A stretch of DNA of 32,000 nucleotides. Source: Erysipelotrichaceae bacterium MTC7 (GTDB lineage Bacteria; Bacillota_I; Bacilli_A; Erysipelotrichales; Erysipelotrichaceae). Location of the stretch: the NCBI GenBank assembly GCA_001695645.1, contig LVZN01000001.1:150001-182000 (forward strand), in the 5' to 3' direction. Positions 1-9,121 of this stretch are shown here, piece after piece; the first letter of the stretch is position 1, and each line of letters opens with the position of its first letter. The translations under genes and the position numbers were made by a program. The notes under the pieces were generated by a model. That model saw only the letters and a program-made list of their open reading frames with translations, ran no database searches and was not told where the DNA came from.

Positions 1-125
1 ATAATCCCTTCCAAGGCGATGTTAATAACTCCACTTCGCTCTGAGAATAGTCCACCAAGAGCTGCAATGATGATTGGTGTCGCCATAACTAGTGCAGCTG
101 GGAACATTTGTAAGAATAATTCCAT
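1..125 (-). CDS. ABC transporter permease (second permease of BMP/nucleoside-type importer), N-terminal fragment running off the window
   Basis: ATG at 125-123 lies one nt after the TAA (129-127) of the upstream permease, with SD TAAGGAGGG about 8 nt upstream. Translation is MELFLQMFPAALVMATPIIIAALGGLFSERSGVINIALEG, a hydrophobic N-terminal TM segment typical of YufQ/NupQ/RnsD-type permeases. Confidence 0.8.
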   Translation of the reverse strand, partial: MELFLQMFPAALVMATPIIIAALGGLFSERSGVINIALEGI

Positions 126-126
126 A

Positions 127-1236
127 TTATTTTCCCTCCTTACTAGTTTCTAGCGTATTTGGTTTGCCTTTGTTGTGTTTACGTAGGGCAAGTTTGTTCA
201 ACAATAGACGAATTCCATATTGCATAGCCACAAAGAGTACGATAAATGCAGAAATAATTTCATTGATTTCTTTTGGCACTCCAGTTGCTTGCATCAATGG
301 TGCCATAACTTTTAATAAACCAAATAACAACCCTGCAAGTACGATTCCAATGGCATTGAACGCACCTACAAAGGCTACGGCAATTCCATCAAATCCATAG
401 TTTTCAAATCCACTAAGTACACGTCCCATATTGAATACACCTAGTGACATGATCGCTCCAGCAAGTCCAGCTAAAGCTCCCGCGATCATCATAGAAAGAA
501 TGATATTACGTTTTGTTTTCATCCCTGCATAATCTGCAGCGTGTTCGTTATGTCCTGTTGCACGTAAACTAAAACCAAATGATGTTTTGTTTAAGATAAA
601 CCAGTATCCAAACACACATAATGCAACAATCAAAATTCCCCAGTGCAAACGTGAGTTGTTTGTGATACTGCTTAATACATCTGAACTTAATGATGCCGAT
701 GTAGGAATTACAACCGTTTTTGAAATACTTGAACCTGGTAATGATTTAAGAATAAAGTTACTTAAATACATTCCAAAGTAGTTCAACATGATACATACAA
801 CAACTTCATTGATTTTAAAGTTACTTTTTAATAATCCAGGAATAAAGCCCCAAAGTGCTCCAGCAAGTGCTCCTGCAAGAACTGCAGCAACAACATGTAA
901 AATTCCAGGAAGTGGAACAAGAATTGCAACAACAACACTTGCACATGCTCCAACCATAAACTGCCCTTCTGCTCCAATGTTGAACATTCCTGTCTTGTAG
1001 GCAAAGGCAACCGATAATCCAGTAAGAATCAAAGGTAAAGAGAAGACGATGAATTCTCCAGTGTTACGTAAGTTGAAGACTGGTCGCATCGTTGTCATTC
1101 CAGTAAGTCCACGTAAAATGGCATTGAATAAGACCATTGGACTATATCCAGAGACAATCAAGATGAGCAATCCAAGAAGTAAACCAAGACCAACGGATAC
1201 TAACGATACTTTTAAAGCTGACGTTTTCTTATTCAT
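127..1236 (-). CDS. ABC transporter permease (first permease of BMP/nucleoside-type importer)
   Basis: Polytopic hydrophobic protein. I prefer the start MNKKTSALKV at 1236 (AGGAGGAAGGG SD, 8-nt overlap with the ATPase stop) over the ORF-track start at 1335. Sits in an operon with a BMP lipoprotein and a duplicated ABC ATPase. Confidence 0.85.
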   Translation of the reverse strand: MNKKTSALKVSLVSVGLGLLLGLLILIVSGYSPMVLFNAILRGLTGMTTMRPVFNLRNTGEFIVFSLPLILTGLSVAFAYKTGMFNIGAEGQFMVGACASVVVAILVPLPGILHVVAAVLAGALAGALWGFIPGLLKSNFKINEVVVCIMLNYFGMYLSNFILKSLPGSSISKTVVIPTSASLSSDVLSSITNNSRLHWGILIVALCVFGYWFILNKTSFGFSLRATGHNEHAADYAGMKTKRNIILSMMIAGALAGLAGAIMSLGVFNMGRVLSGFENYGFDGIAVAFVGAFNAIGIVLAGLLFGLLKVMAPLMQATGVPKEINEIISAFIVLFVAMQYGIRLLLNKLALRKHNKGKPNTLETSKEGK

Positions 1237-2767
1237 GTGTCCCTTCCTCCTTGTATTTTTCTCCTGCCATGTATAAACCAATGTCTTTAAAGTCGGTTTT
1301 ATCACGGTCGATAAATGCGGTACGTTCTCCATCATGAATCACGACAACACGATCTGAAAGGTCAAGAATTTCATCAAGGTCAAGTGACATTAACAAAACC
1401 GCTTTTCCGTTATCGCGTTCTTCAACGATACGTCCGTGAATGTATTCAATCGCTCCAACATCGAGTCCGCGTGTTGGTTGTACAACTAGCAACAACTTAG
1501 GACTACGATCCAATTCTCTAGCAATAATTGCCTTTTGTTGGTTTCCTCCTGACATACTACGTGTTAAGGATTCTTTTCCTTCTCCACTACGTACGTCAAA
1601 TTCATCGATGAGTTTATCAGCGTGTTTATTGATTACATCCATTTGCAGAATACCGTGTTTTGCGAATGGTGCGTCTGCATATGACTGTAGGATAAGGTTT
1701 TCTTTCAACAAGAAATCAAGAACCAAACCATATTTATGGCGGTCTTCTGGAATATGTCCCATCCCCTTATCAAAACGCTCTTTTACTGTACAATTGCGAA
1801 TATCTTCACCACAAAGTAAGATTTCTCCTTTACTTGCTTTCATCAACCCAGCAAGTGCATAGATAAGTTCACTTTGTCCGTTTCCGTCAACTCCAGCTAA
1901 ACCTACGATTTCACCGGCACGAACATTGAAGGAAAAGTCTTTCACCAATTGTTTCTTGCTATCGCTTTCCACACATAAGTCTTTTACTTCTAAAACAACT
2001 TCACCAGGATTGGCTGGTTTTTTATCGATGGTAAAGTTTACGTTACGTCCAACCATCATTTCTGCCATTTCTGGAATTGATGTTGTTTTCACATCAACGG
2101 TATTGATGTATTTCCCACGACGTAAGATGGTACACTCATCAGCCACAGATTTGATTTCTATCAGTTTGTGCGTAATCAAAAGAATACTTTTTCCTTCTTT
2201 TACCAAACGTTTCATAATATCAATCAAATCATCAATCTCTTGCGGTGTTAAGACCGCTGTCGGCTCATCGAAGATTAAGATTTCAGCATCACGATACAAC
2301 ATTTTTAGAATTTCAACTTTTTGTTGCATCCCAACAGAAATATCTGAAATCTTCGCATTAGGATCCACATTGAATCCGTATTGTTCTGATAGTTCTTTGA
2401 TTTTGCGGTTAGCGGTTTTGATGTCAATCACATTCATTTTGTTTTTGACAGGTTCATCACCTAAAATTATGTTTTCGGCTACAGTAAATGAATCAATAAG
2501 TTTAAAGTGTTGATGCACCATCCCTATTTTTAATTCTGTAGCTAAGTTTGGATCCATTTCTTTAATCGTTTCACCATGCACCTTTATGACACCTGAGGTT
2601 GGTTGGTAAAGACCGAAAAGAATGGACATTAATGTAGATTTTCCTGCTCCGTTTTCACCAAGTAAAGCATGGATGGATCCTTCTTTCAAACGCAACGTAA
2701 TGTCATCGTTTGCTTTGATTCCCGGGAATTCCTTGGTGATATTTAGCATTTCAACAGCGTATGCCAT
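1229..2767 (-). CDS. ABC transporter ATP-binding protein with two fused ATPase domains (nucleoside/sugar CUT2-type)
   Basis: Walker A GENGAGKST plus a second P-loop GVDGNGQS. Signature-like motifs ISVGMQQK and MSGGNQQK. 512 aa, typical of RnsA/NupO/YufO-type ATPases. SD ATAGGAGGAAG. Confidence 0.9.
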   Translation of the reverse strand: MAYAVEMLNITKEFPGIKANDDITLRLKEGSIHALLGENGAGKSTLMSILFGLYQPTSGVIKVHGETIKEMDPNLATELKIGMVHQHFKLIDSFTVAENIILGDEPVKNKMNVIDIKTANRKIKELSEQYGFNVDPNAKISDISVGMQQKVEILKMLYRDAEILIFDEPTAVLTPQEIDDLIDIMKRLVKEGKSILLITHKLIEIKSVADECTILRRGKYINTVDVKTTSIPEMAEMMVGRNVNFTIDKKPANPGEVVLEVKDLCVESDSKKQLVKDFSFNVRAGEIVGLAGVDGNGQSELIYALAGLMKASKGEILLCGEDIRNCTVKERFDKGMGHIPEDRHKYGLVLDFLLKENLILQSYADAPFAKHGILQMDVINKHADKLIDEFDVRSGEGKESLTRSMSGGNQQKAIIARELDRSPKLLLVVQPTRGLDVGAIEYIHGRIVEERDNGKAVLLMSLDLDEILDLSDRVVVIHDGERTAFIDRDKTDFKDIGLYMAGEKYKEEGTHE

Positions 2768-2808
2768 ATCTTCCTCCTATTTTATAATTATCTAAGTTAA
2801 TTTTATCA

Positions 2809-2836
2809 TAAGAAAAAGGGGATGGACATCCCCCTT
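2809..2836 (-). terminator. Intra-operon rho-independent terminator/attenuating hairpin after the binding-protein gene
   Basis: Minus strand reads GGGGGATG-TC-CATCCCC followed by TTTTTCTT. It lies in the 92-nt gap between the lipoprotein gene and the ATPase gene. Confidence 0.6.
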
Positions 2837-2859
2837 ATTCTTGATTTAGTTAAGAACGA

Positions 2860-3918
2860 CTAGTTAGTCCCACCATTTGAAATTGTTGGTTCTTCAGACA
2901 CTTTAATAGTTCCATCTTTGATTCCAGCTACAGCACTGTCTAATGCTTTTGTAATTGCTTCAGATAAGTTTGGATTTTCTTCTGGGTATCCAACTCCATC
3001 AAGGTCAAAGTTGTAAGTGATTGTTTCTGCTTTGAAATCACCATCTAGTACTTGTTTACAAGCATCGTAAGTTGAAACATCAACACGTTTTAGTGCAGAA
3101 GTTAAGATTACAGAATCTCCATTTGCCATTTTTCCATCTTCGTATTGGTCACGGTCAACTCCAACTGTGAATACTTTATCGCCTTTTTCCGTACGTTCTT
3201 GTGCTTCTTGAATCACACCGTTTCCTGCATTACCAGCAGCAGCATAGATAACTTTCGCTCCAGCATCGTATTGTTTAGCAGCTAGTGTTTTCGCTTTTCC
3301 TGCATCATCGTATGATCCAGCGTAGTCAACGTAAATTTTTACATCTGGGTTAGCAGCTAATGCTCCTTGTTCGAAACCAGCTTGGAATGCTCCGATAACT
3401 GGTCCTTCCATACCACCGATAAATCCAACACTGTCAGATCCTAATTCTTTAGCTTCCATTGCAGCAGCCATACCAGCTAAGTATGAACCTTCGTGAGCAG
3501 CAAATACAGCAGATTGTACGTTGTCAGCTTCAACAACAGCATCGATAATTAAGAATTTCGTTTCTGGGAATTGTGCAGATACATCTTTCATTGCATCTTC
3601 AAATAAGTATCCAGCAGCAACTACTAGATCATATCCATCTTCAGATAATTGTGTAAGGTTACTTACGTAATCAGCTTCTGCTTTTGATTCTAGGTATGTA
3701 ATACAGTCATCACCTAATTTTTCATCTTCAGCGAATTTTTTAATTCCTTCCCAAGAACCTTGGTTGAATGAACGGTCGTCAATACCACCCATATCAGTTA
3801 CGAAACCAATTTTTACCTTACATGCTGAATCATCTTTTTTGTCATCTGATGATCCACCACAAGCCGTTAATCCAAAGACTAACATTGCACACAGTGCGAA
3901 AATACTAAATTTTTTCAT
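2860..3918 (-). CDS. BMP-family (PnrA/Med/TmpC-like) substrate-binding lipoprotein, probable nucleoside receptor
   Basis: Signal peptide plus lipobox FGLTAC-GGSS. Periplasmic-binding-protein-like sequence rich in FIGG/AAGNAGNG motifs typical of basic membrane protein family. SD ACGGAGGTAAAG. Confidence 0.88.
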   Translation of the reverse strand: MKKFSIFALCAMLVFGLTACGGSSDDKKDDSACKVKIGFVTDMGGIDDRSFNQGSWEGIKKFAEDEKLGDDCITYLESKAEADYVSNLTQLSEDGYDLVVAAGYLFEDAMKDVSAQFPETKFLIIDAVVEADNVQSAVFAAHEGSYLAGMAAAMEAKELGSDSVGFIGGMEGPVIGAFQAGFEQGALAANPDVKIYVDYAGSYDDAGKAKTLAAKQYDAGAKVIYAAAGNAGNGVIQEAQERTEKGDKVFTVGVDRDQYEDGKMANGDSVILTSALKRVDVSTYDACKQVLDGDFKAETITYNFDLDGVGYPEENPNLSEAITKALDSAVAGIKDGTIKVSEEPTISNGGTN

Positions 3919-3964
3919 CTTTACCTCCGTGGGACACTCCCTAAAAAATATTTAGTCAATTTAT

Positions 3965-4807
3965 TTATACGACAATTACAGGCCCTTGTCTATTAAGACA
4001 AGCAATTTTCTTATACTTTATTGCATCCGCTTCACTTACCGTCTGCGAACCAAAGACAGCCACCCCCTCGGCACGAACACCATAGGGTCGATAACGCAAT
4101 AACTTATAAGGAATGTCTCCATTTAGATGTTTACTTACATAATCGACGGTACACGTGTTTTGTCGATCTTGACTTGGCAATAACACCGTGCGTACTTCGA
4201 CCAATTTGTCTACGCTTTGTAAGTACTCTAAGTTGGCAAGGACTACCTTATTGTCATATCTGCAAAGCGTTTGATGAAATGCTTCATCAGCTGCTTTTAC
4301 ATCTAACATAACACCATCACTTACTTCAAGTAGGTCGGTATAATCTTGAAAATCATACGCACCATTGCTATCAATAAGACAGGTTAAACCCAATTTTTTC
4401 ACTTCCACAAAAAGATCGTGGATAAAGTCTGCATAATTCATACACTCTCCACCACTCACCGTGATTCCACTGATGAATAGGGCGTGTTGTTGAATGTAGG
4501 CAACCAGTTCTTGCACATCATACGTACGCACTTTCGGGGATGACATGTGCTTACATACGTTGATACAAGTATCGCAGTCGATACATTTTTTTGAATCCCA
4601 GAGAACTTTACCATCTACTTTCGTTAGTGCTTGGACTGGGCATGTCGGTATACAATCACCACAATTCACACAAACGTTAATTGTTTCTGGGTTGTGGCAA
4701 TACAAGCAACGAAATGGACACGATTGAAAGAATATCGTTGTTCGATTTCCTGGTCCATCTACATTGGAAAAGGGGATAATTTTATTTACAAGTGCAGTTT
4801 TACTCAC
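3965..4807 (-). CDS. yjjW: Glycyl-radical enzyme activating protein, YjjW-like (radical SAM)
   Basis: CPFRCLYC (CX3CX2C) radical-SAM cluster after FSNVDGPGNR. Two extra ferredoxin-like clusters, CVNCGDCIPTCP and CIDCDTCINVC. SGGE motif. GTG start at 4807 overlaps the yjjI stop (GTGAGTAA). Confidence 0.85.
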   Translation of the reverse strand: MSKTALVNKIIPFSNVDGPGNRTTIFFQSCPFRCLYCHNPETINVCVNCGDCIPTCPVQALTKVDGKVLWDSKKCIDCDTCINVCKHMSSPKVRTYDVQELVAYIQQHALFISGITVSGGECMNYADFIHDLFVEVKKLGLTCLIDSNGAYDFQDYTDLLEVSDGVMLDVKAADEAFHQTLCRYDNKVVLANLEYLQSVDKLVEVRTVLLPSQDRQNTCTVDYVSKHLNGDIPYKLLRYRPYGVRAEGVAVFGSQTVSEADAIKYKKIACLNRQGPVIVV

Positions 4808-6299
4808 TGTAAATCTTGCGACTTAACGCTTTTCCTTTTTCCTCTGCACCTTTTCCGAACATTGTTACTTGGTTAAGACTTGCTTCATTGTTTCTTAATT
4901 TTTCTATTTCACTACGTTTCACTAAATAACCAGTGACACGCACAACATCATTGTCAGCATTGTATCCTGAGAAATAACGCATTCCACTTGCAAGTGCGCC
5001 TTTGATAATTTGTAACACAGCTTCTGGTGTTTTAACCCAAGTTTCGTCAAACTTGAAGATATCACCAACACCGGAAACAAAGTGTTTGTGCATTTTTGCT
5101 TCTAGTAAAATATGATCACGTAATTCAGGTTCACTACCAATTGGAATTCTAACTCCTGGCGAGTTTTCCGTTCCATCACTATCAATACCTACTTGTGCAT
5201 GCATGACATAGGTATCATCACACGCTTGGCAATACACACCTTTATGGTTAACGACAAGTTCATGCATCGTATCAAGAATTTGTAGACCAAGCTCTGTAGC
5301 TGCTTCATTATGTCCGTAACCTTTGTTTGGATCATCAATGTTCAATAAATGGTTCACACATTCGGCAAGTCCAACTACACCAAACATTCCTGTGAAGTTC
5401 TCTTGTTTAACGAATCCTTCTTTAACCAAGAAGTTGCTTTTGAAGAAACTTGATTCTTCCACAATGTAACGTATTCTTTGATCCATGTTTGTAAGCATGA
5501 TATTCACGTAGTTTGGTAATACATTTGTGATAAAGTCATTTGCATCTTTCGCTTTTAAAGAAGCATTGTACAAACGAATTCTTGGCAAGGTGTAACCTCC
5601 ACCACCAACGCGTAGGGAGTTGTAACAACTTACGATTGCATATTCACTTGAACCAGCATCTTTTTGATACATCACATCATTTGCAAAACTAGGTTTACTT
5701 GTTGCTAACATACATTTAACACTAGCGACACCAAATTCATCACTTGTCTTTTCGGGGTTGTAAAGTAATGTAATGTTTGGAATTGCAAGTTGCATTTCTT
5801 CTGTCAGCTCCAAGATGATGCGACTTGTACGATTGTCTTCTGGACCGATGTTTGCATGAACGAAGCTATCCGTCAACGTACTATCGATGTGTTGTAAGAA
5901 TAAACGTAACGCTTTTTTTGTTTCGTTTGCATTAACATCAAATGGTGCAAGTAATTTTGAGAAGTTTCCTAAGTATACTGGAAACGATGTAATACTTGGA
6001 ACATGTTTGTAAAATATCAACAAGGTGTTCGTAGCTTCCCAAATATCTGTTGGTGGTTCTAAGTTCAAAAACTTACAACCTTTTTCCATTAATAAACTGT
6101 AGTCAGGCACAATGTACCGTGGGCGGTATGGTGCAAGACCCTCACCTAAATCGCATAGAATTTCATCGTTCAATGCAGCAATCCACTCAGGATCACGCGC
6201 AAGTGAATCATCCATGTTTTCCGCTAATCGAGCAAGTGACAACACTTGTTGTTCATACGTTAAGGTTGGATCACTAATAATATCGTGAACTTTGCTCAT
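4800..6299 (-). CDS. yjjI: YjjI-family glycyl radical enzyme (DUF3029), substrate unknown
   Basis: 499 aa. C-terminal glycyl radical fingerprint DVVRVTGYLV about 40 aa from the end. Size and pairing with a YjjW-type activase match my recollection of the E. coli YjjI/YjjW pair. SD AAGGAG 12 nt after the deoB stop. Confidence 0.75.
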   Translation of the reverse strand: MSKVHDIISDPTLTYEQQVLSLARLAENMDDSLARDPEWIAALNDEILCDLGEGLAPYRPRYIVPDYSLLMEKGCKFLNLEPPTDIWEATNTLLIFYKHVPSITSFPVYLGNFSKLLAPFDVNANETKKALRLFLQHIDSTLTDSFVHANIGPEDNRTSRIILELTEEMQLAIPNITLLYNPEKTSDEFGVASVKCMLATSKPSFANDVMYQKDAGSSEYAIVSCYNSLRVGGGGYTLPRIRLYNASLKAKDANDFITNVLPNYVNIMLTNMDQRIRYIVEESSFFKSNFLVKEGFVKQENFTGMFGVVGLAECVNHLLNIDDPNKGYGHNEAATELGLQILDTMHELVVNHKGVYCQACDDTYVMHAQVGIDSDGTENSPGVRIPIGSEPELRDHILLEAKMHKHFVSGVGDIFKFDETWVKTPEAVLQIIKGALASGMRYFSGYNADNDVVRVTGYLVKRSEIEKLRNNEASLNQVTMFGKGAEEKGKALSRKIYSE

Positions 6300-6311
6300 A
6301 TGTTTCTCCTT

Positions 6312-7511
6312 CTACTTGTCAAGTTGACTCGTAATTTGTGCTAAGACACTTTGACCGATGGTACCTTCTGGCATAGCAACATCAAAGTTATCACAGATCG
6401 TTGCCCCTAAATTCGCAAACGTTGTGAATTCTGGAATATGGTTTCCTGATTTCATGTTTTTGCTGTAGGCGATACATGGTACCGTTTCTTTGGTATGATC
6501 ACTACCTTCATAAGTTGGATCGTTACCGTGGTCGGCTGTGATAATCACAAGATCATCATCTTTCATTCGTTCAATGAAGATACTTAGTTTTTCATCGAAA
6601 CTTTCCAATTCTTTTCCATAACCAACTGGGTTTCTACGATGACCCCAAAGGGCATCAAAATCCACTAGGTTTGTGAAACAGAATCCGGTAAAATCTTTTT
6701 CTAACAATTCAATGGTTTGTTCCATTCCATGAACGGAACTTTTACTTTTGTATGCTTCTGTAATTCCTTCACCATCGAAGATATCTTTAATTTTCCCAAC
6801 ACTGATCACATCATAGTCATTGGCTTTTAAAGCATCCAATGCGGTCTTTCCGTATGGTTTTAATGCATAGTCATGGCGATTTGCCGTACGTACAAATTCA
6901 CCTTTTTTGCTTCCTGTGTATGGACGAGCAATTACTCGACCCACCATCCATTCTGGACGCATCGTTAATTCACGTGCGATTTCACAGTATTTGTATAATG
7001 TTTCAACTCCCATGGTTTCTTCATTCCCACAAATTTGGAGAACTGAATCCGCTGAAGTATAAACAATCAAGACACCGTTGTTAATTTCATCTTCACCAAA
7101 TTCATCTAGAATTTCAGTTCCTGATGCACTTTTGTTCCCAACGATTTTACGCCCCGTGCGTTTTTCTAATTCATCGATAAGTTCTTTTGGAAATCCGGTT
7201 TCGGTAAAGGTTTTAAATGGAGTTTTAATTTCCAATCCCATCATTTCCCAGTGACCGGTCATCGTGTCTTTTCCAACACTTGCTTCTTTCATTTTTGTGT
7301 ACACCGCTTTAGGTTCTGCAACTGCAGGGACGCTAGCTAGCGGCGTAAGATTTGCCATTCCTAAACTTTGTAAGGTTGGAATGTTGAAGTTTGGCATGTG
7401 ATCAGCAATATGTCCAAGGGTGTTTGCCCCTTTGTCATAACCTGGTAGATCATCTGCCCCAACGCCTAATGAATCGACGACGATAGTAAATATACGTTTA
7501 TAGTTTTTCAT
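6312..7511 (-). CDS. deoB: Phosphopentomutase
   Basis: 399 aa. Alkaline-phosphatase-superfamily motifs ([25 protein letters not shown]) characteristic of DeoB. SD AAGGAG. Confidence 0.92.
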   Translation of the reverse strand: MKNYKRIFTIVVDSLGVGADDLPGYDKGANTLGHIADHMPNFNIPTLQSLGMANLTPLASVPAVAEPKAVYTKMKEASVGKDTMTGHWEMMGLEIKTPFKTFTETGFPKELIDELEKRTGRKIVGNKSASGTEILDEFGEDEINNGVLIVYTSADSVLQICGNEETMGVETLYKYCEIARELTMRPEWMVGRVIARPYTGSKKGEFVRTANRHDYALKPYGKTALDALKANDYDVISVGKIKDIFDGEGITEAYKSKSSVHGMEQTIELLEKDFTGFCFTNLVDFDALWGHRRNPVGYGKELESFDEKLSIFIERMKDDDLVIITADHGNDPTYEGSDHTKETVPCIAYSKNMKSGNHIPEFTTFANLGATICDNFDVAMPEGTIGQSVLAQITSQLDK

Positions 7512-7522
7512 TGAAATACTCC

Positions 7523-8239
7523 TTATAGTTTAATTGCACTCTCCAAAGCGACTTCCATCATTTCATTGAATGAGTTCTGTCTCTGCTGAGCAGTTGTTAC
7601 TTCGTGTGTAACAAGCGAATCAGAGATTGTTAGTAAACAAGCAGCTTTCTTTCCTAAGATTTCTGCGTTGTGGAACAATGCAAAGCTTTCCATTTCAACA
7701 CATACACAACCGTGTTTTTCATAGAACTCAACATGTCCATCCACATTGTCTTCGTGATAGAACACATCACTTGAGTGAATGGTATTTTCGTGTACCGTTT
7801 TTCCAGTCTTTGTTGCTGTATCTGCAATCAAAGCATTTAGTTCTCGGTTTGGTTCAATTGTATCTTTCGTGTATCCTGATTGTGCTAAGGCAAACGTTGA
7901 TTCACTCCATGCATCTTTTGCTAAAACAAGATCGAATAATTTCAACTGATCTGTATATGCTCCAGCGCTACCGATTCGAATGATAGCTTCCACATCAAAG
8001 AATTTAAATAACTCATAGGAGTAAATTCCGATGCTTGGCATTCCCATTCCAGAACCCATAACACTAATTTCCTTTCCTTTGTATGTTCCTGTAAAGCCGA
8101 ACATATTTCTAACACTATTAAATTGTTTTACATCCTCTAAGTATGTATCTGCGATATACTTAGCACGCAAAGGATCTCCCGGCATCAGAACAACTTTAGC
8201 AATTTGTCCCTTTTCTGCTTGAATGTGTGGTGTTGCCAT
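7523..8239 (-). CDS. deoD: Purine nucleoside phosphorylase, DeoD type
   Basis: 238 aa. [30 protein letters not shown] and VEMES motifs typical of hexameric PNP. SD GAGGAGG. Confidence 0.92.
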   Translation of the reverse strand: MATPHIQAEKGQIAKVVLMPGDPLRAKYIADTYLEDVKQFNSVRNMFGFTGTYKGKEISVMGSGMGMPSIGIYSYELFKFFDVEAIIRIGSAGAYTDQLKLFDLVLAKDAWSESTFALAQSGYTKDTIEPNRELNALIADTATKTGKTVHENTIHSSDVFYHEDNVDGHVEFYEKHGCVCVEMESFALFHNAEILGKKAACLLTISDSLVTHEVTTAQQRQNSFNEMMEVALESAIKL

Positions 8240-8266
8240 ATTATTTCCTCCTCATGACAAGCGATT

Positions 8267-8295
8267 TTTATAAATTGTGACGCTTGTCTTTACAA
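8267..8295 (-). promoter_or_regulatory. Candidate sigma-A promoter of the deoD-deoB-yjjI-yjjW-ABC operon
   Basis: Minus strand has TTGTAA (8295-8290), a 17-nt spacer, then TATAAA (8272-8267), about 28 nt upstream of the deoD ATG. It is overlapped by ACAAGC/GCTTGT repeats. Confidence 0.4.
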
Positions 8296-8357
8296 GCACA
8301 CTATAACTTGTTGTATAATAAGAAAAAAGGCCACTTGTCCCTTTTTTGGAGAAAAAT

Positions 8358-9095
8358 ATGAAATTTTTATTAGATCAAATCGACCATTTATTACAACCGG
8401 ATACCTATGCATTTCTTTCGACGTTTTTGGAACATTGTCCTAAGCAGATACTCATGCGCATGGATATTGTCCATTATCCCAAAGGGCATATCATCATGCA
8501 TACAGGTGATCCCAACAAAGATGTATTCATTTTAATCAAAGGGGGAATCGAAGGTGTGGACGAATCCGTTCCAACCATCCCTTACACATTCAGTGATTTG
8601 CGTCCGATTGATGTACTTGGTGATTACGAGTTGTTTAGCAACGTTGCTACTCGTTATGTATCCTTGCGAACAACAACCGAAACCACGTGTTTACGCTTAA
8701 ACGCACAGGACTATCTCAGTTGGATGAAAACGGATATTCACGCATTGTTTATGCGTATGGGAATGCTAATGCTTGTGCTTGGTCAAGAAACACAGTTCCA
8801 TCGACAGTTCTTATTTCTTGATAACGAAACGCGACTTTTGCTTTTTCTACTTGAACAAGTGCAAAAGAAAGCGAAACAGTTTCCTTATAAAATTGATGCC
8901 AGTCGTGAACAGATCGCTTCGCGAATTGCCAGTAGCATTCGCACACTCAACCGCACCTTATCCAAACTGGAAGATATGAACATGATCAGTCGATCTCACG
9001 GAAAAATCATCATCTCCAAGAATCAAAGTAAACGAATTGAAGCAGCTATCCATCAAGCGGAAGCAGATTTAAAATTAACTTTGCCAAAAATATAA
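8358..9095 (+). CDS. Crp/Fnr-family transcriptional regulator (cNMP-binding-like domain plus C-terminal HTH)
   Basis: N-terminal beta-barrel-like region (GDPNKDVFILIKGGIEG). C-terminal HTH (SREQIASRIASSIRTLNRTLSKLED). I prefer the ATG at 8358 (GGAG 6 nt upstream) over the TTG at 8346. No N-terminal Cys cluster, so not a classical FNR. Confidence 0.75.
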   Translation: MKFLLDQIDHLLQPDTYAFLSTFLEHCPKQILMRMDIVHYPKGHIIMHTGDPNKDVFILIKGGIEGVDESVPTIPYTFSDLRPIDVLGDYELFSNVATRYVSLRTTTETTCLRLNAQDYLSWMKTDIHALFMRMGMLMLVLGQETQFHRQFLFLDNETRLLLFLLEQVQKKAKQFPYKIDASREQIASRIASSIRTLNRTLSKLEDMNMISRSHGKIIISKNQSKRIEAAIHQAEADLKLTLPKI

Positions 9096-9118
9096 AAAGT
9101 TTCCTCTCGAAAACTTTT
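9094..9118. terminator. Bidirectional AT-rich hairpin between convergent crp-like and lytTR genes
   Basis: AAAAAGTTT-cctctcg-AAAACTTTT with A/T runs on both sides. Confidence 0.45.
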
Positions 9119-9121
9119 CTT

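Noticed and set aside
1237-1335. N-terminal extensions suggested by the ORF track. These affect permease 1 (to 1335), perR (to 13763), PFOR (to 24767), trpA (to 31293), yigZ (from 18801), nnr (to 27395), HAD (to 21086), LytTR (to 9799) and the crp-like gene (from 8346).
   Set aside because: In each case a downstream ATG has a properly spaced GGAGG-type SD, or the extension overlaps the upstream gene or a promoter element. The family-typical N termini also begin at the shorter start.
92-2513. Plus-strand ORFs inside the permease and ATPase genes (92..400, 587..781, 788..1000, 1049..1276, 1440..1862, 1926..2513)
   Set aside because: They lie antisense to well-supported ABC transporter genes. 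They have no SD, and their low-complexity, Ser/Ile/Phe-rich translations are typical of shadow frames in AT-rich DNA.
8276-8298. CRP-type site starting with TGTGA in the deoD/crp-like intergenic region
   Set aside because: The second half-site (TCTTT) does not match TCACA. The region is better described by the ACAAGC/GCTTGT repeats.
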